This document shows, piece after piece, positions 26,496 to 37,267 of a DNA stretch of 64,000 nt. Under the pieces are notes generated by a model. It did no database searches. It was not told the DNA's origin and was given only the letters and a program-made list of their open reading frames with translations. The stretch is from Laetmonice hystrix (lineage: Eukaryota): positions 31,434,001-31,498,000 of the forward strand of contig OZ249439.1 in NCBI GenBank assembly GCA_965235115.1. The letters run 5' to 3'. Numbering within the stretch: position 1 is the first letter of the stretch; every line of letters starts with the position of its first letter. Made by a program: the position numbers and the translations under genes.

Positions 26496-26830
26496 CGAGA
26501 GCCCCGCGTCACGTCCTCTCGCCACTTCCGCGCGTCTTACCTCGCCCGCTCGCCAGCGCGCGGCGCTAACTTTCGCTCCCACTTATCACCAAATCAAGTA
26601 GGTCGTTAAAAGTCACATTAAGTCGCACTTCCTCTGACATTGAGGCGTGAATCTAAGCCGTTCGATGTCGAGTTTGCCAGGTGCATGTGATTAGGCTTCA
26701 GTCGGCGGAGTTTCGGGAGGGTATAAACGATTGGAGAGAGTAACCGTGGCGTGGCGATCTCCAGAGCGAGTTTCCAACGTGATACCCAGTTGTGCGCGAG
26801 AACGCGCGAGAATTACCAGCCCACCCCAAA
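26496..26830 (-). promoter_or_regulatory. CpG-rich candidate promoter/first exon on the minus strand
   Basis: High CpG density, ETS-like CGGAAGTG (plus strand 26523-26530), GTCACGTC, and a consensus minus-strand donor GAG|GTAAGA (exon end 26541). Confidence 0.3.
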
Positions 26831-27869
26831 AACGCAGGCGGTGGGGTGTGTAATGTCTCGCTACAATCCTTCTTCAAACACCTACATGGTGGAATGAACG
26901 ATAAAAGGCCCCGAGGGGTGCCTCAGAGACGGACTTTGGCTTAGCTTGGCTGCAGCTATCGAACCCCTTTAAGAGACTGCGTTCAGGGATAGAGAACAAT
27001 CACTCATCTTCTTTAACATGATCAGTAGGCTGAATCAATGCATTGTCGTGACCTCAACGGTGTACTGGAGTAACCAGATTATATCAACCAGGAGTATGAA
27101 CCGTCAGACTGCTGTACCCAATAAGGAACACAGGAGACATAACTCGTTCAAATGTTATATCAACATTACTGACATCCCGCAGCAATGTCCCAGCGTAACA
27201 TAACATGACAGAGAGAGAACTTGGGAGTCTCACAGAGTGATTCTATACAATGTCACTGGGTGGCGCTTCAAGCGTTTAATCTCGTGGTTGGCGAACAGAC
27301 TGGTCGGGCATAGTTAGGACGAGTCCATGGAGGCTGTTACATAACCTCTGGCTCGTCCAACCAAAATCTAGAACGGAAACTTACGAAACGCTCCAGATGG
27401 TTATCTACTTTGTGACAGCGTCGACATTCTAAAGGGTCTGTTTCGATTTGTTCGATCTTTGGAACAGATCTCAATAGTATAGTCTACCCGCCATAGTGTG
27501 AACAATCGTTTGTTTGCTAGATCAACACAAACCGTCAAAATGACACCAGGAAAGGACAAAGGGTTGTACCTCATTAAGATCATCATTTCTTTGTCACTTG
27601 TTATCAGTCTTGAAGGAAGTTTTGATCACCACATTTGAAAAAATGCACATTCTGACGTGAAATTATCTGTCCATATGGACAAATAATTTCACATCTCATC
27701 ATAAAGCCTCTGGATACAAACCATAAGGATAATGATATATTTTCCTTATGTGGTCCAACTATAAGGGGCCACATTTTAAAGTCACTCGTGCTTCAATGCC
27801 TCTGTGAATTACACTGTAAATTGAATGATGCAAATACTACCTCAAATCCTTCTGTGCCACATATACATA

Positions 27870-28727
27870 TATCGGGTGGATAAAAAAAAACGCCCCGAAC
27901 TTTAAACTTTAATATTCCAAAAACTATGCATTATAATTCAACAAAATTTCTCTTAATATCACTTCATCATATTATCTCTGGTATGTTAAAGTTTCAGCTC
28001 AATAGCTTTGATATTAATCCTGTGGCGCTAAAAACAAAAATCAGTGTCTAAAAATGCAATGCCGGAATTAGGTCAAATATCATGCCGCTGCCAGGTGTCC
28101 AATTTGACACCAGTTTGATTCACCGCATTGTACCTTGGGTAAAGAAAAATTCAATATTTAGTTTTTGCATGTTTTACAATATGTATCATGTTGTGGACCA
28201 CTAGATATAATAAAATATGTGCTATTCCTAGTACTTTTAGAGAAAAACAGATGTTTAATGTGCCAAACCCTACAGAGAAACTGCAACATTAGGACGACGT
28301 GACTGTAACGAGAAGTTCTAGGGAAATCGTATCATTATCACGTTTGGCAACACGTTCAGAACGTTGCGTATTTCCCAATGTTGGGAAGATATTTCCCTAT
28401 CAGAGATTAGGAAGTGCATTGGCTCATGGAAAAAGAGACTGAGAGCAGTATGGAGTGAAAACGGGGGACCGATTGACCACCTACTCTAGTGTGAGGCCAG
28501 GGACTCTGGGTGCGACTACAACTCGCTTTAGGCCGGCATTGCGTTTTTGTACAATGATTTTTGTTTTTAGCCCCACGGAAATATTATCCAAGCTATTGAG
28601 TTGTAACATTAACAACAAAGAGACAACATCAAGAAGTGATACTAAGAAAAATTTCATTGGATTACAATCATTACTTTTTGAAATATTGAAGTTTAAAGTT
28701 TGGGGCGTTTTTTTTATCCACCCGATA
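27870..28727 (+). mobile_element. Internally deleted Tc1/mariner transposon, 858 bp
   Basis: ~53-bp TIRs (TATCGGGTGGATAAAAAAAAACGCCCCGAACTTTAAACTTTAATATT...) with ~4 differences, TA flanks, and a retained transposase C-terminus. Confidence 0.92.
28382..28489 (+). pseudogene. C-terminal fragment of a Tc1/mariner DDE/D transposase
   Basis: Translates WEDISLSEIRKCIGSWKKRLRAVWSENGGPIDHLL*, matching the W..I....I...I..W..RL.AV....GG..EH terminus typical of Tc1/mariner transposases. No upstream ORF survives. Confidence 0.8.
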
Positions 28728-29712
28728 TATAGGCGGCAGAAAACCATAACAGGCTACAAACACAATATATACTGTATAAACTATCCTGGTGTAAATTAAA
28801 CATAGAACATAAATACATCCGACGCTATAGCAGAGCTGTCTCTCAACCTATTCGAATTTGTTTGTGAATAGAAACAGACAGCAACAAACTATATTAGTAT
28901 GTTAGTATTGTGCAGATAGCAGATCTGTGTTTTCAACTGCACAGTCGTCTCTCCCATTTAATCCCGAGGGAAGGGAATATACGTGTTTATTTTATTATTT
29001 AACAAGATTGCTTAATCGATAAAAGATTAAGACCAATAGTGATCTGAACCGACCCGCCTTAAAGGGGCTGTCTTCATAAATATATCCCTCAACCTAGACC
29101 GGATATAGTATGGCGGAAGTGTTTCCTGTTAAAGTCAGCGAGTTTATCCCACAAGGGTTAGAGTCTATACACATTGCCTGTTGACCGTCAGCGTTTATGT
29201 TAACCTAAACCTGTACTCATATCGCCGTCTTGGATCTTTTATCGGACCATTATGACACTTTCAGATGTAATAACAACATCGTGTACGATGTTAAAAAGAT
29301 AAACGCAGACCTATGACTTCACTTTGTACGAGCTACGTCCTGAGAATGTCTGATTGATGTGTGTGAAGGAGGTGGGATATATATACGGCACATTCCGAAA
29401 ATGACAGGTGTCACCGTATACGGTGGACTGGTGCGAATATAAGATTTGTGCAAGTCGTGATAGTTTTTAAAAACCGCTGTGGGCTGTGGGACTCCCTCCA
29501 TGGGCATCTTGACATTCATCTATTTCATATTGGCGGAATACCGGACAGTGGTGTTCTACGAAAGGATCTCAGCGAGTCTGTAAGTCTAAAACACTTCATT
29601 ACAAATATCAAATCACCAGGAACTCTTCCAGGATGAAGTTAGAAATATACAGGCCTTAAGAAGTGCACATGTATTCAGAGAAGTTCGAACAGGTACACTG
29701 CCATCATGGGCA

Positions 29713-30088
29713 GCGTGAATCTCTTTCATCGTGAAGTAAACAACATCTCAGAGGTATCGTGAAGATATTTGGTTTAATATAACAATAAGCGTGAATCTCC
29801 TTCATCGTCAAGTGAACAACATCTCAGAGGTATCGTGAAGATATTTGGTTTAATATAACAATAAGCGTGAATCTCCTTCATCGTCAAGTGAACAACATCT
29901 CAGAGGTATCGTGAAGATATTTGGTTTAATATAACAATAAGCGTGAATCTCCTTCATCGTCAAGTGAACAACATCTCAGAGGTATCGTGAAGATATTTGG
30001 TTTAACAATAAGCGTGAATCTCCTTCATCGTCAAGTGAACAACATCTCAGAGGTATCGTGAAGATATTTGGTTAAAATATAACAATAA
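29713..30088. repeat. Minisatellite, 76-bp unit, 5 copies
   Basis: Unit GCGTGAATCTCCTTCATCGTCAAGTGAACAACATCTCAGAGGTATCGTGAAGATATTTGGTTTAATATAACAATAA; one copy has a short deletion. Confidence 0.97.
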
Positions 30089-30696
30089 GAGACAACCACT
30101 TTATAAATGTCATCTTGAACCAGTGAAAAAGTAGGACACATATTCCATTATAAGAATCTATACGTCGATCAAGGCCAACATTTGAATAAACAAGTGACTT
30201 GTCCTTTCTCCTTCGCCCTGTATATGTGGGTGGGTGTTACGTATGGGTGTGGTCTAGATCTTTATGACGAGACGCGCGCTGAGTATATAACCATGTACCA
30301 GAAGGCACTTCCAAAGCATTGGCATCGAGTTTTTATTTTTTGGGGTTGGTATCGTCATAATGCATGAATCGTGTCACAAAAACGCCGCTGTGCGACCTTT
30401 GTATCTGTTGTCCTTACGCAAGGCAAAGCACGGTCAGCGCGGGACAGAGTTGTCTATGGCCGGCACGTGGGCACTGCATCTTCTGAAAAATGGCCCAAAC
30501 TCTGGCCGGACAGTGGCCATAAACCGGGATAAACACACCAAGTGACCTAAATCAACAGACGATGATTGAGGACTACGTGGAATATCCCTAAGGAGGACGT
30601 CAGCCACTAAATAATGAATTGCAAGGCATACCAATGTAGCGATGCGTTGTTTTACCTCGTGCGAAGTCTGTCTGGCCACATGTGCCCTATAGACGA

Positions 30697-30772
30697 CCTC
30701 CTCCTTCTCCACCTCCTCCTCCTCCTCCTCCACCACCTCCTCCACCTCCTCCTCCTCCTCCTCCTCCTCCTC
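30697..30772. repeat. (CCT)n microsatellite
   Basis: About 25 CCT/CCA triplets; source of the poly-E and poly-L ORFs. Confidence 0.95.
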
Positions 30773-31190
30773 GTATCCGTAACAACACGGAGAAAGCCAT
30801 CTGGTTTTCGTAATAAGAACGCAAATCTTTTAATGTATATAAAGTCCTTGTGCCAAGATACTTCCGACTTGGCTATTCAATTAACCTTGGTGATGGTTTG
30901 GGTCTGAAAGACTTTCTGGCTGCTATTGTGACTGGGTTATACGCCGAGGGTGATTCTGGGGGACTGGAGGGGTGAGCTCATGTCACTCATCTACTCCGTG
31001 TGACAACGTCAAAGACAATGGTTCAAATTGCCTCACAATAACATAAGATGGGAAAACGTCAGTCGGTATTCAGCTGGATTTAACCACAAACTGAGTGAAG
31101 CACTGGGTCTTGTTGCATAAGTTCCCGTTGCGGAACTCTGCATCGATAATAAATTATACAGATTTCTACGATTTCTATAAAAGGGCAAAT

Positions 31191-31406
31191 AGGGCCTTAT
31201 CCACTAAGCCGATTTTCCTTGCGACGCCCATGCGATTTTGACATCACCCTTTTATTAATTTTTACTGTTATTTTGAGATTAAAGGATGGAACCCATTTCC
31301 TTAAACAGGGAAGGCCAGCCAGGAAAAAAATCAGCATGAAATTCCACCATTAAATAAAAAATCGCATGACCGTCGCAAGGGGATTCGGCTTAGTGGATAA
31401 GGCCCT
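31191..31406. mobile_element. PIF/Harbinger-like MITE family B, copy 1
   Basis: Perfect 22-bp TIR AGGGCCTTATCCACTAAGCCGA extending imperfectly to ~50 bp; AT-rich 3-bp flanks (ATA/TTA); second copy at 63515. Confidence 0.85.
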
Positions 31407-31411
31407 TAAAA

Positions 31412-31716
31412 GGATCGGACGGTTACCCCTCCCCCCCCCCCTCAACAGGTCGGTTACCCCTCCCCCTCCTCCCAACAGGTCGGTTACCCCTCCCCCCCCC
31501 CTCAACAGGTCGGTTACCCCTCCCCCCCCCTCAACAGGTCGGTTACCCCTCCCCCCCCCTCAACAGGTCGGTTACCCCTCCCCCCCCCTCAACAGGTCGG
31601 TTACCCCTCCCCCCCCCTCAACAGGTCGGTTACCCCTCCCCCCCCCCCCTCAACAGGTCGGTTACCCCTCCCCCCCCCCTCAACAGGTCGGTTACCCCTC
31701 CCCCTCCCCCCAACAG
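31412..31716. repeat. C-rich minisatellite, ~30-bp unit, ~10 copies
   Basis: CAACAGGTCGGTTACCCCTCCCCCCCC(C)T with variable C-run length; it directly abuts the MITE end. Confidence 0.96.
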
Positions 31717-32499
31717 ATATTTCTGACGGCACTATTAGTTCCTGCAATGTAACATAACACCATGATGGAACAATATTACAAACACAAAAGCACATTTTGT
31801 GTGTTCATTTAGCAATACACTTAGGTTTCACGCCGCTGCATGGTTGAGTCAGTGAAAGGTCGAATAATGGTTTGTGTTCTATTACTTCGTGCATATCATG
31901 TTGAATTCGTTCTCGCTATCGTTTTTCATAGTAATTAACCTTTTATAAAAGCAGAAGTTGTTGCGCACAATACTCGTCAAAATGTATCGCCCGGAAAGAT
32001 AATTGTACATGGATAGGAGACTACATATTAAAGTTCTAAGTTACATTAGTAAAGTAATGTAAAGTATAATTATAGTGGACGGTCAACCAAATTGCAAATT
32101 ACAACTCCAGCGATTAAGCACTTGTGAATATATTTAAACAGTTTAAAGAATGGCCTTTAAAGTTGTAGATATGATACAGTTTAATTAAAGATTATATTAT
32201 ATTTTCTGTATGATATTTTCTACATTTTCTGTAGCTTTCTGTTAGCGTTTTTATCTCATTTTTTTCTCTCATAACACCAATTTATTTTATGGTCGTGCGA
32301 TACTGTGTCATTTGATTTTGTAATTGCTGTCTCGCTTGCTTCAATTAGTAAGCCAACGACCAAATTGTCATTGCTGAATACATGAATACATATCTTAATT
32401 ACGTTTGACACAGGTAATAAATATCATATCATGAATATTTTAAGAAGGGCGAGACATAATGTACACGTAAATTTCACAGCCACCCTTCTGAAGAATCAC

Positions 32500-32500
<1 letters not shown>

Positions 32501-32530
<30 letters not shown>

Positions 32531-32573
32531 CTTCTTCTTCTTCTTCTTCTTCTTCTTCTTCTTCTTCTTCTTC
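32501..32573. repeat. (CTT)24 microsatellite
   Basis: Perfect CTT run of 73 bp. Confidence 0.99.
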
Positions 32574-32620
32574 AAGCCCGTACACCTCAAATATCGGCAT
32601 GGACGGCGGCAATGTTTGCC

Positions 32621-33243
32621 GTATCCCCTGATACACAATACACAAGGTTACCACAGTCAGACCCGCCCATGTGTATCCCCTGATACACAATACACAAGGT
32701 TACCACAGTCAGACCCGCCCATGTGTATCCCCTGATACACAATACACAAGGTTACCACAGTCAGAACCGCCCATGTGTATCCCCTGATACACAATACACA
32801 AGGTTACCACAGTCAGACCCGCCCATGTGTATCCCCTGATACACAATACACAAGGTTACCACAGTCAGACCCGCCCATGTGTATCCCCTGATACACAATA
32901 CACAAGGTTACCACAGTCAGACCCGCCCATGTGTATCCCCTGATACACAATACACAAGGTTACCACAGTCAGAACCGCCCATGTGTATCCCCTGATACAC
33001 AATACACAAGGTTACCACAGTCAGACCCGCCCATGTGTATCCCCTGATACACAATACACAAGGTTACCACAGTCAGACCCGCCCATGTGTATCCCCTGAT
33101 ACACAATACACAAGGTTACCACAGTCAGAACCGCCCATGTGTATCCCCTGATACACAATACACAAGGTTACCACAGTCAGACCCGCCCATGTGTATCCCC
33201 TGATACACAATACACAAGGTTACCACAGTCAGACCCGCCCATG
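32621..33243. repeat. Minisatellite, 52-bp unit, 12 copies
   Basis: Unit GTATCCCCTGATACACAATACACAAGGTTACCACAGTCAGACCCGCCCATGT with only a C/A variant. Confidence 0.98.
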
Positions 33244-34790
33244 TACAGGCAAGTCATCTGTGTTCTTGATTCCATTGGGTGCGGGGGTCTCGTATGCCGC
33301 CCGACTACAGCTGCCCCCTGCCCCGTCTACTCCCTTCCCTCAGTGCCTCGCTGCAGTCCTTCAATTAGAAGGAATCACTTTTCCTTTCAATCCCACCTGG
33401 TTGTAAAGTATTCAAACGTACCGTAGGGTGGGCCTGAGACCTCGGGTAGTTCCCGCGGGTCGGACAGCAAGCCTGCAAACGCCGTTATTGACAAGACTTA
33501 GGGGTCAGGAAACCCGTAATCATAAATTAAATGGCAGTTAGCCTGGCCAATTACAGGAGGGCTTGGGCGGCTAGGGCGACCGGAAGTACACTGACAATGG
33601 AACTGTAAAGACATCAATCGAGTCGGTGGCACAGAGAGGGAGGGCCTTTCCTCCAGAGTATATATTTAGGGCTGACATGCGATGGCCCTTCCAAGGGCAG
33701 ACGATGTTTGCATTACAAGGGAGATGGTGCCAGACCGGAGCTGCGGAGCTGCGGAGGCACCGGTGTGAAAATGGTGGCCGTGATTGTGTTAGCCGTCCTA
33801 CAGTCCCCGGCCCCCGTAGACAGAGAGGTCATGCCGTCGGATGTGTTATCATTTAGGGGAATGGCTGGGAGGGAGGCAAGGCAGGAGGCAGGGAGGGAGA
33901 CAGTGAGTCAGTGCTGGTTCGACCAGCGCCATCCGTCAGGCATGGTATTAACGCTGATTGACAGGTTGCTCATCATCATCAACATCATCATCATGACACG
34001 ACTAGTGAGAGGAAGGAAGGAAGGGAGGGAGGCAGGGAGGCCCGTGACAGCGACCGGGGCGGATGTCCAACAGCAGTCCGGGTGGCAGCAGGCATGCTCC
34101 AGCCGCCCACCGCCACTACCTTCACATGGACGATCACACGTGGACATGGACTTGACGATCACAAGGGGTTACATGTTCAAGTGGACTGCGGCAAGAGGAC
34201 ATCCTGTCCAAAATTAACAGTCTGTATCCCTATGTCTACGAGGGGCAAGTCCAGTCAACCTATTAACAGAAGCTACTGTGTGCAACCGGTGAAATTGGGG
34301 ATGAATATCACTATGTATTTAAATGTACTTTTTTTAATGAGGAATCACGCCATACTACTTAAAGGGGCATGCTATGAAACACGTTTTTGAGGATTTCCGG
34401 CAATTATCCAACATGACCGTGTACTACCTACCACAGCGTTTTGTCCTCCGACGTGTTTTCGCTGCGTATGCAGCACAAGTAGGTTCTATACGACCAAACC
34501 TATAGATTTCTCCCGCCATAATTTGGTAGACAACCTCCCATCAACCCGTGTAATTGCATACTGTGTCACATCCTGAATCATTACTAAGTTTGCCCGATCG
34601 TGACTGTGATTGAACCTACTAGCGTCACACAATTTATGGTTTATGTTTTGTGACCCACACCAGACGCACAAACTGTCTTTATTGTTAAATACTTTCCCTT
34701 CATACCCCGAAAGGGGTCGTTATTACCTTTTTGGGAAATAAAACAAACTTCAAACTTCAACCTTCAAACCCTGCTTTAACAAGCCCCAGA

Positions 34791-35133
34791 TGTGAATACC
34801 TACTTTACACTGCGTTATGGTAGCCTTCACAATACCAAAAATTCACACTGCGTTATGTTAGCGTTCGTATTGTGAATACCAAAAATTCACACTGCGTTAT
34901 GTTGGCGTTCGTATTGTGAATACCAAATTCACACTGTGTTATGTTAGCGTTCGTATTGTGAATACCAGATTCACACTGCGTTATGTTAGCGTTCGTATTG
35001 TGAATACCAAAAATTCACACTGCGTTATGTTGGCGTTCGTATTGTGAATACCAGATTCACACTGCGTTATGTTGACATTTGTATTGTGAATACCAACAAT
35101 TCACACTGCGTTATGTTGACGTTTGTATTGTGA
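34791..35133. repeat. Minisatellite, 42-44-bp unit, ~8 copies
   Basis: Unit GTGAATACCAAAAATTCACACTGCGTTATGTTAGCGTTCGTATT with the internal inverted pair GTGAAT/ATTCAC. Confidence 0.95.
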
Positions 35134-36825
35134 CCTTTATAAGAACAAAGAGACTACAGCACAATGGAGAGTCAGACTTCTTGACGCGCCAATCTTGACC
35201 CTCAGTACCGCTTTATTCAGGCTTTAGTCGATGGGAAAGCCATCTATTATCCTTTAATCCCACCAGACATCTCTGGCAGAGTATGGGTGTCTTGTTTCAA
35301 TTAAAACAGATTTACTAGGATTACATGTGACGTGCTGCATGCACAGTCTTTCATCATCATTCTTAAAGAACAGCGAAACTGATAAAACACGCAAGGACTC
35401 GATTTGATTTGTCCCACAGAGAATACCACAATGGTATATAAAGGGCATAAAAACTATTTTGTTTAGCATCACTTCTTCGTGACAAAAACTGCTGTGGTGA
35501 CGCGATTCTTTTTTTTATCAGTTGGTATTGATATCTTTTGGCGAAAACGTAAAGAGATACGGAGTCTCAAAACAATAACAGATGTTGACTTTTACTGTCT
35601 AGTAATCTGTCGGAGACAAAGTTCTTTATGGCACGCCCGGACATCGTGACGTTCGTTCTTGAGGGAGGGAGGGAGGGAGGGGGGAGGGGGTAAGATGATG
35701 CGCTGGGTTTTATGTAACGCGCGCGATGACGATTTCTTTATTAGCTGTAGAGATCTACCATCATAGCACGAGCGAAAGCCCAAGTTTTTTAAACCGTAAT
35801 GTTACATATTAGATTACATTTAGATCTAGGTTGTAGGTCCATTTATAATACATGTAGGGGGGTCTAATGGCATGCGTGCCGTTTGACCAGACCTGTCATA
35901 CCCGATAACCTGATCCATTGTGTCGCCTATACACCCAGGCGTCTTTAGCCATGCCCCTGTATGGACACGAGTGTCATTTGAAATGGCCCAGGTTCATTAT
36001 GGCACGCCCGTACACCGTGACGTCGATTTGGATTGCTTTTATTGCATAGGGGAGTAGGTGTCCATTGTATCGCCTGACAACGCCATGTGGATTTATCGTG
36101 AATGTGAATATTCACGGACCCAATGTGTACTCTTTATAAGGTTCAATTCCTGGGACAATGCCGGGGTGGGGGGGAGGCGGGGGGGGGCACTGGGGTGGGG
36201 GTGGGGGGCACTGGGGCCATCATGTAGTTGTCAAGCACGCCGGTGTCCATCCCTGGCAATGGCCGGTTACATTGTGTTGACACAGCGCAGGGTTATAAGG
36301 GGGAAGGATACGTGCCAGAAAACCTATTCATTAACGACTAAAGGGCGCATTGGACTTCCCTAAAACAACCAGAGAACAAAAGTATATGTAAATGTTGATC
36401 TATATAATACTAAACAGAAACTGGGGTAATGAGTAGAACTCATCAATCACCCGTTCAGAGAAGGACCCGGGGGTTTCAGCCCGATAAATTCAATTGCTTG
36501 GTATTAAACCCTCGTATCATTTATGGATTATGACATTTACTACATTATGGTATTTATCGATTTGGAAGGTGTGTGAATTACAAATACTAACCATAAAAGC
36601 TGATACATCAGAGCCATCTAGCGTTAGAACTGGACAATGCCAGTGATTACATCGACGAACGTAACATTTGACTCGTGTGTGTTGAAGTGTAGCGGAGAGA
36701 GTTCTGCCTGAACACATAATGTAATTACATTATGTTGATTGAGTTGCGTCGACTGTTTTGTCCGAACTGATCCCTAAGTGTATAGTGATCCGGAACATCT
36801 CGACTATAAACCTGTCGGTATCACT

Positions 36826-36871
36826 TCTCGCGAGATTTCGTCCGGACTAATGGCGTGCACGGTCACGTCAG
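36826..36871. promoter_or_regulatory. TCTCGCGAGA (CGCG/BANP-type) palindrome plus CRE-like GTCACGTCA
   Basis: Perfect TCTCGCGAGA at 36826-36835 and GTCACGTCA ~30 bp downstream. Confidence 0.3.
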
Positions 36872-36930
36872 CTCAAGTCGTTACACATATTATCGCTCAC
36901 GCGCGTAAGAATACGTGTATGTACAGTATA

Positions 36931-37267
36931 TCAGTGGGGGATCCAGGATTTTGATAAGGGGGGGGGGCCCACCTGAAAATTTTTTTAGCGTCGCTATGCT
37001 CGGCAGGATTTGTATTACACTTATGGCCATTTTGGGCCCCTTTTGATCTATTTCAATGCGCAATGGCCCAGAGTTATGTTGCTCCTGGATCACTGAGGAG
37101 GTCCCTTTGGGCCCGATGTACTATCATGTACAAAATAGGAGGATTTTTTAAAAGAATTTTGTTGGAACATCGGTTTCAGGGTCCGAATAATGCATCTTCT
37201 TAAAAAAAAGCGGGGAAAAGGAAAATTTAAGGGGGGCCCTTGGGCCCCCTCCCTGGATCCCCCAGTG
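36931..37267. mobile_element. hAT-like MITE, relative of family C
   Basis: TIR CAGTGGGGGATCCAGG / CCTGGATCCCCCAGTG (1 mismatch); flanks TATAT..TATAT (5 bp, or GTATAT as 6 bp with a 1-nt shifted end). Confidence 0.85.

Noticed and set aside
30434-32690. Poly-E, poly-S, poly-L and poly-P ORFs
   Set aside because: Translations of the (CCT)n, (CTT)n and C-rich repeats.
33708-34217. 169-aa ORF with a hydrophobic start and upstream TATATA
   Set aside because: Low-complexity GGAG and ATC runs make up much of it; no domain is recognised and no splice structure supports it.
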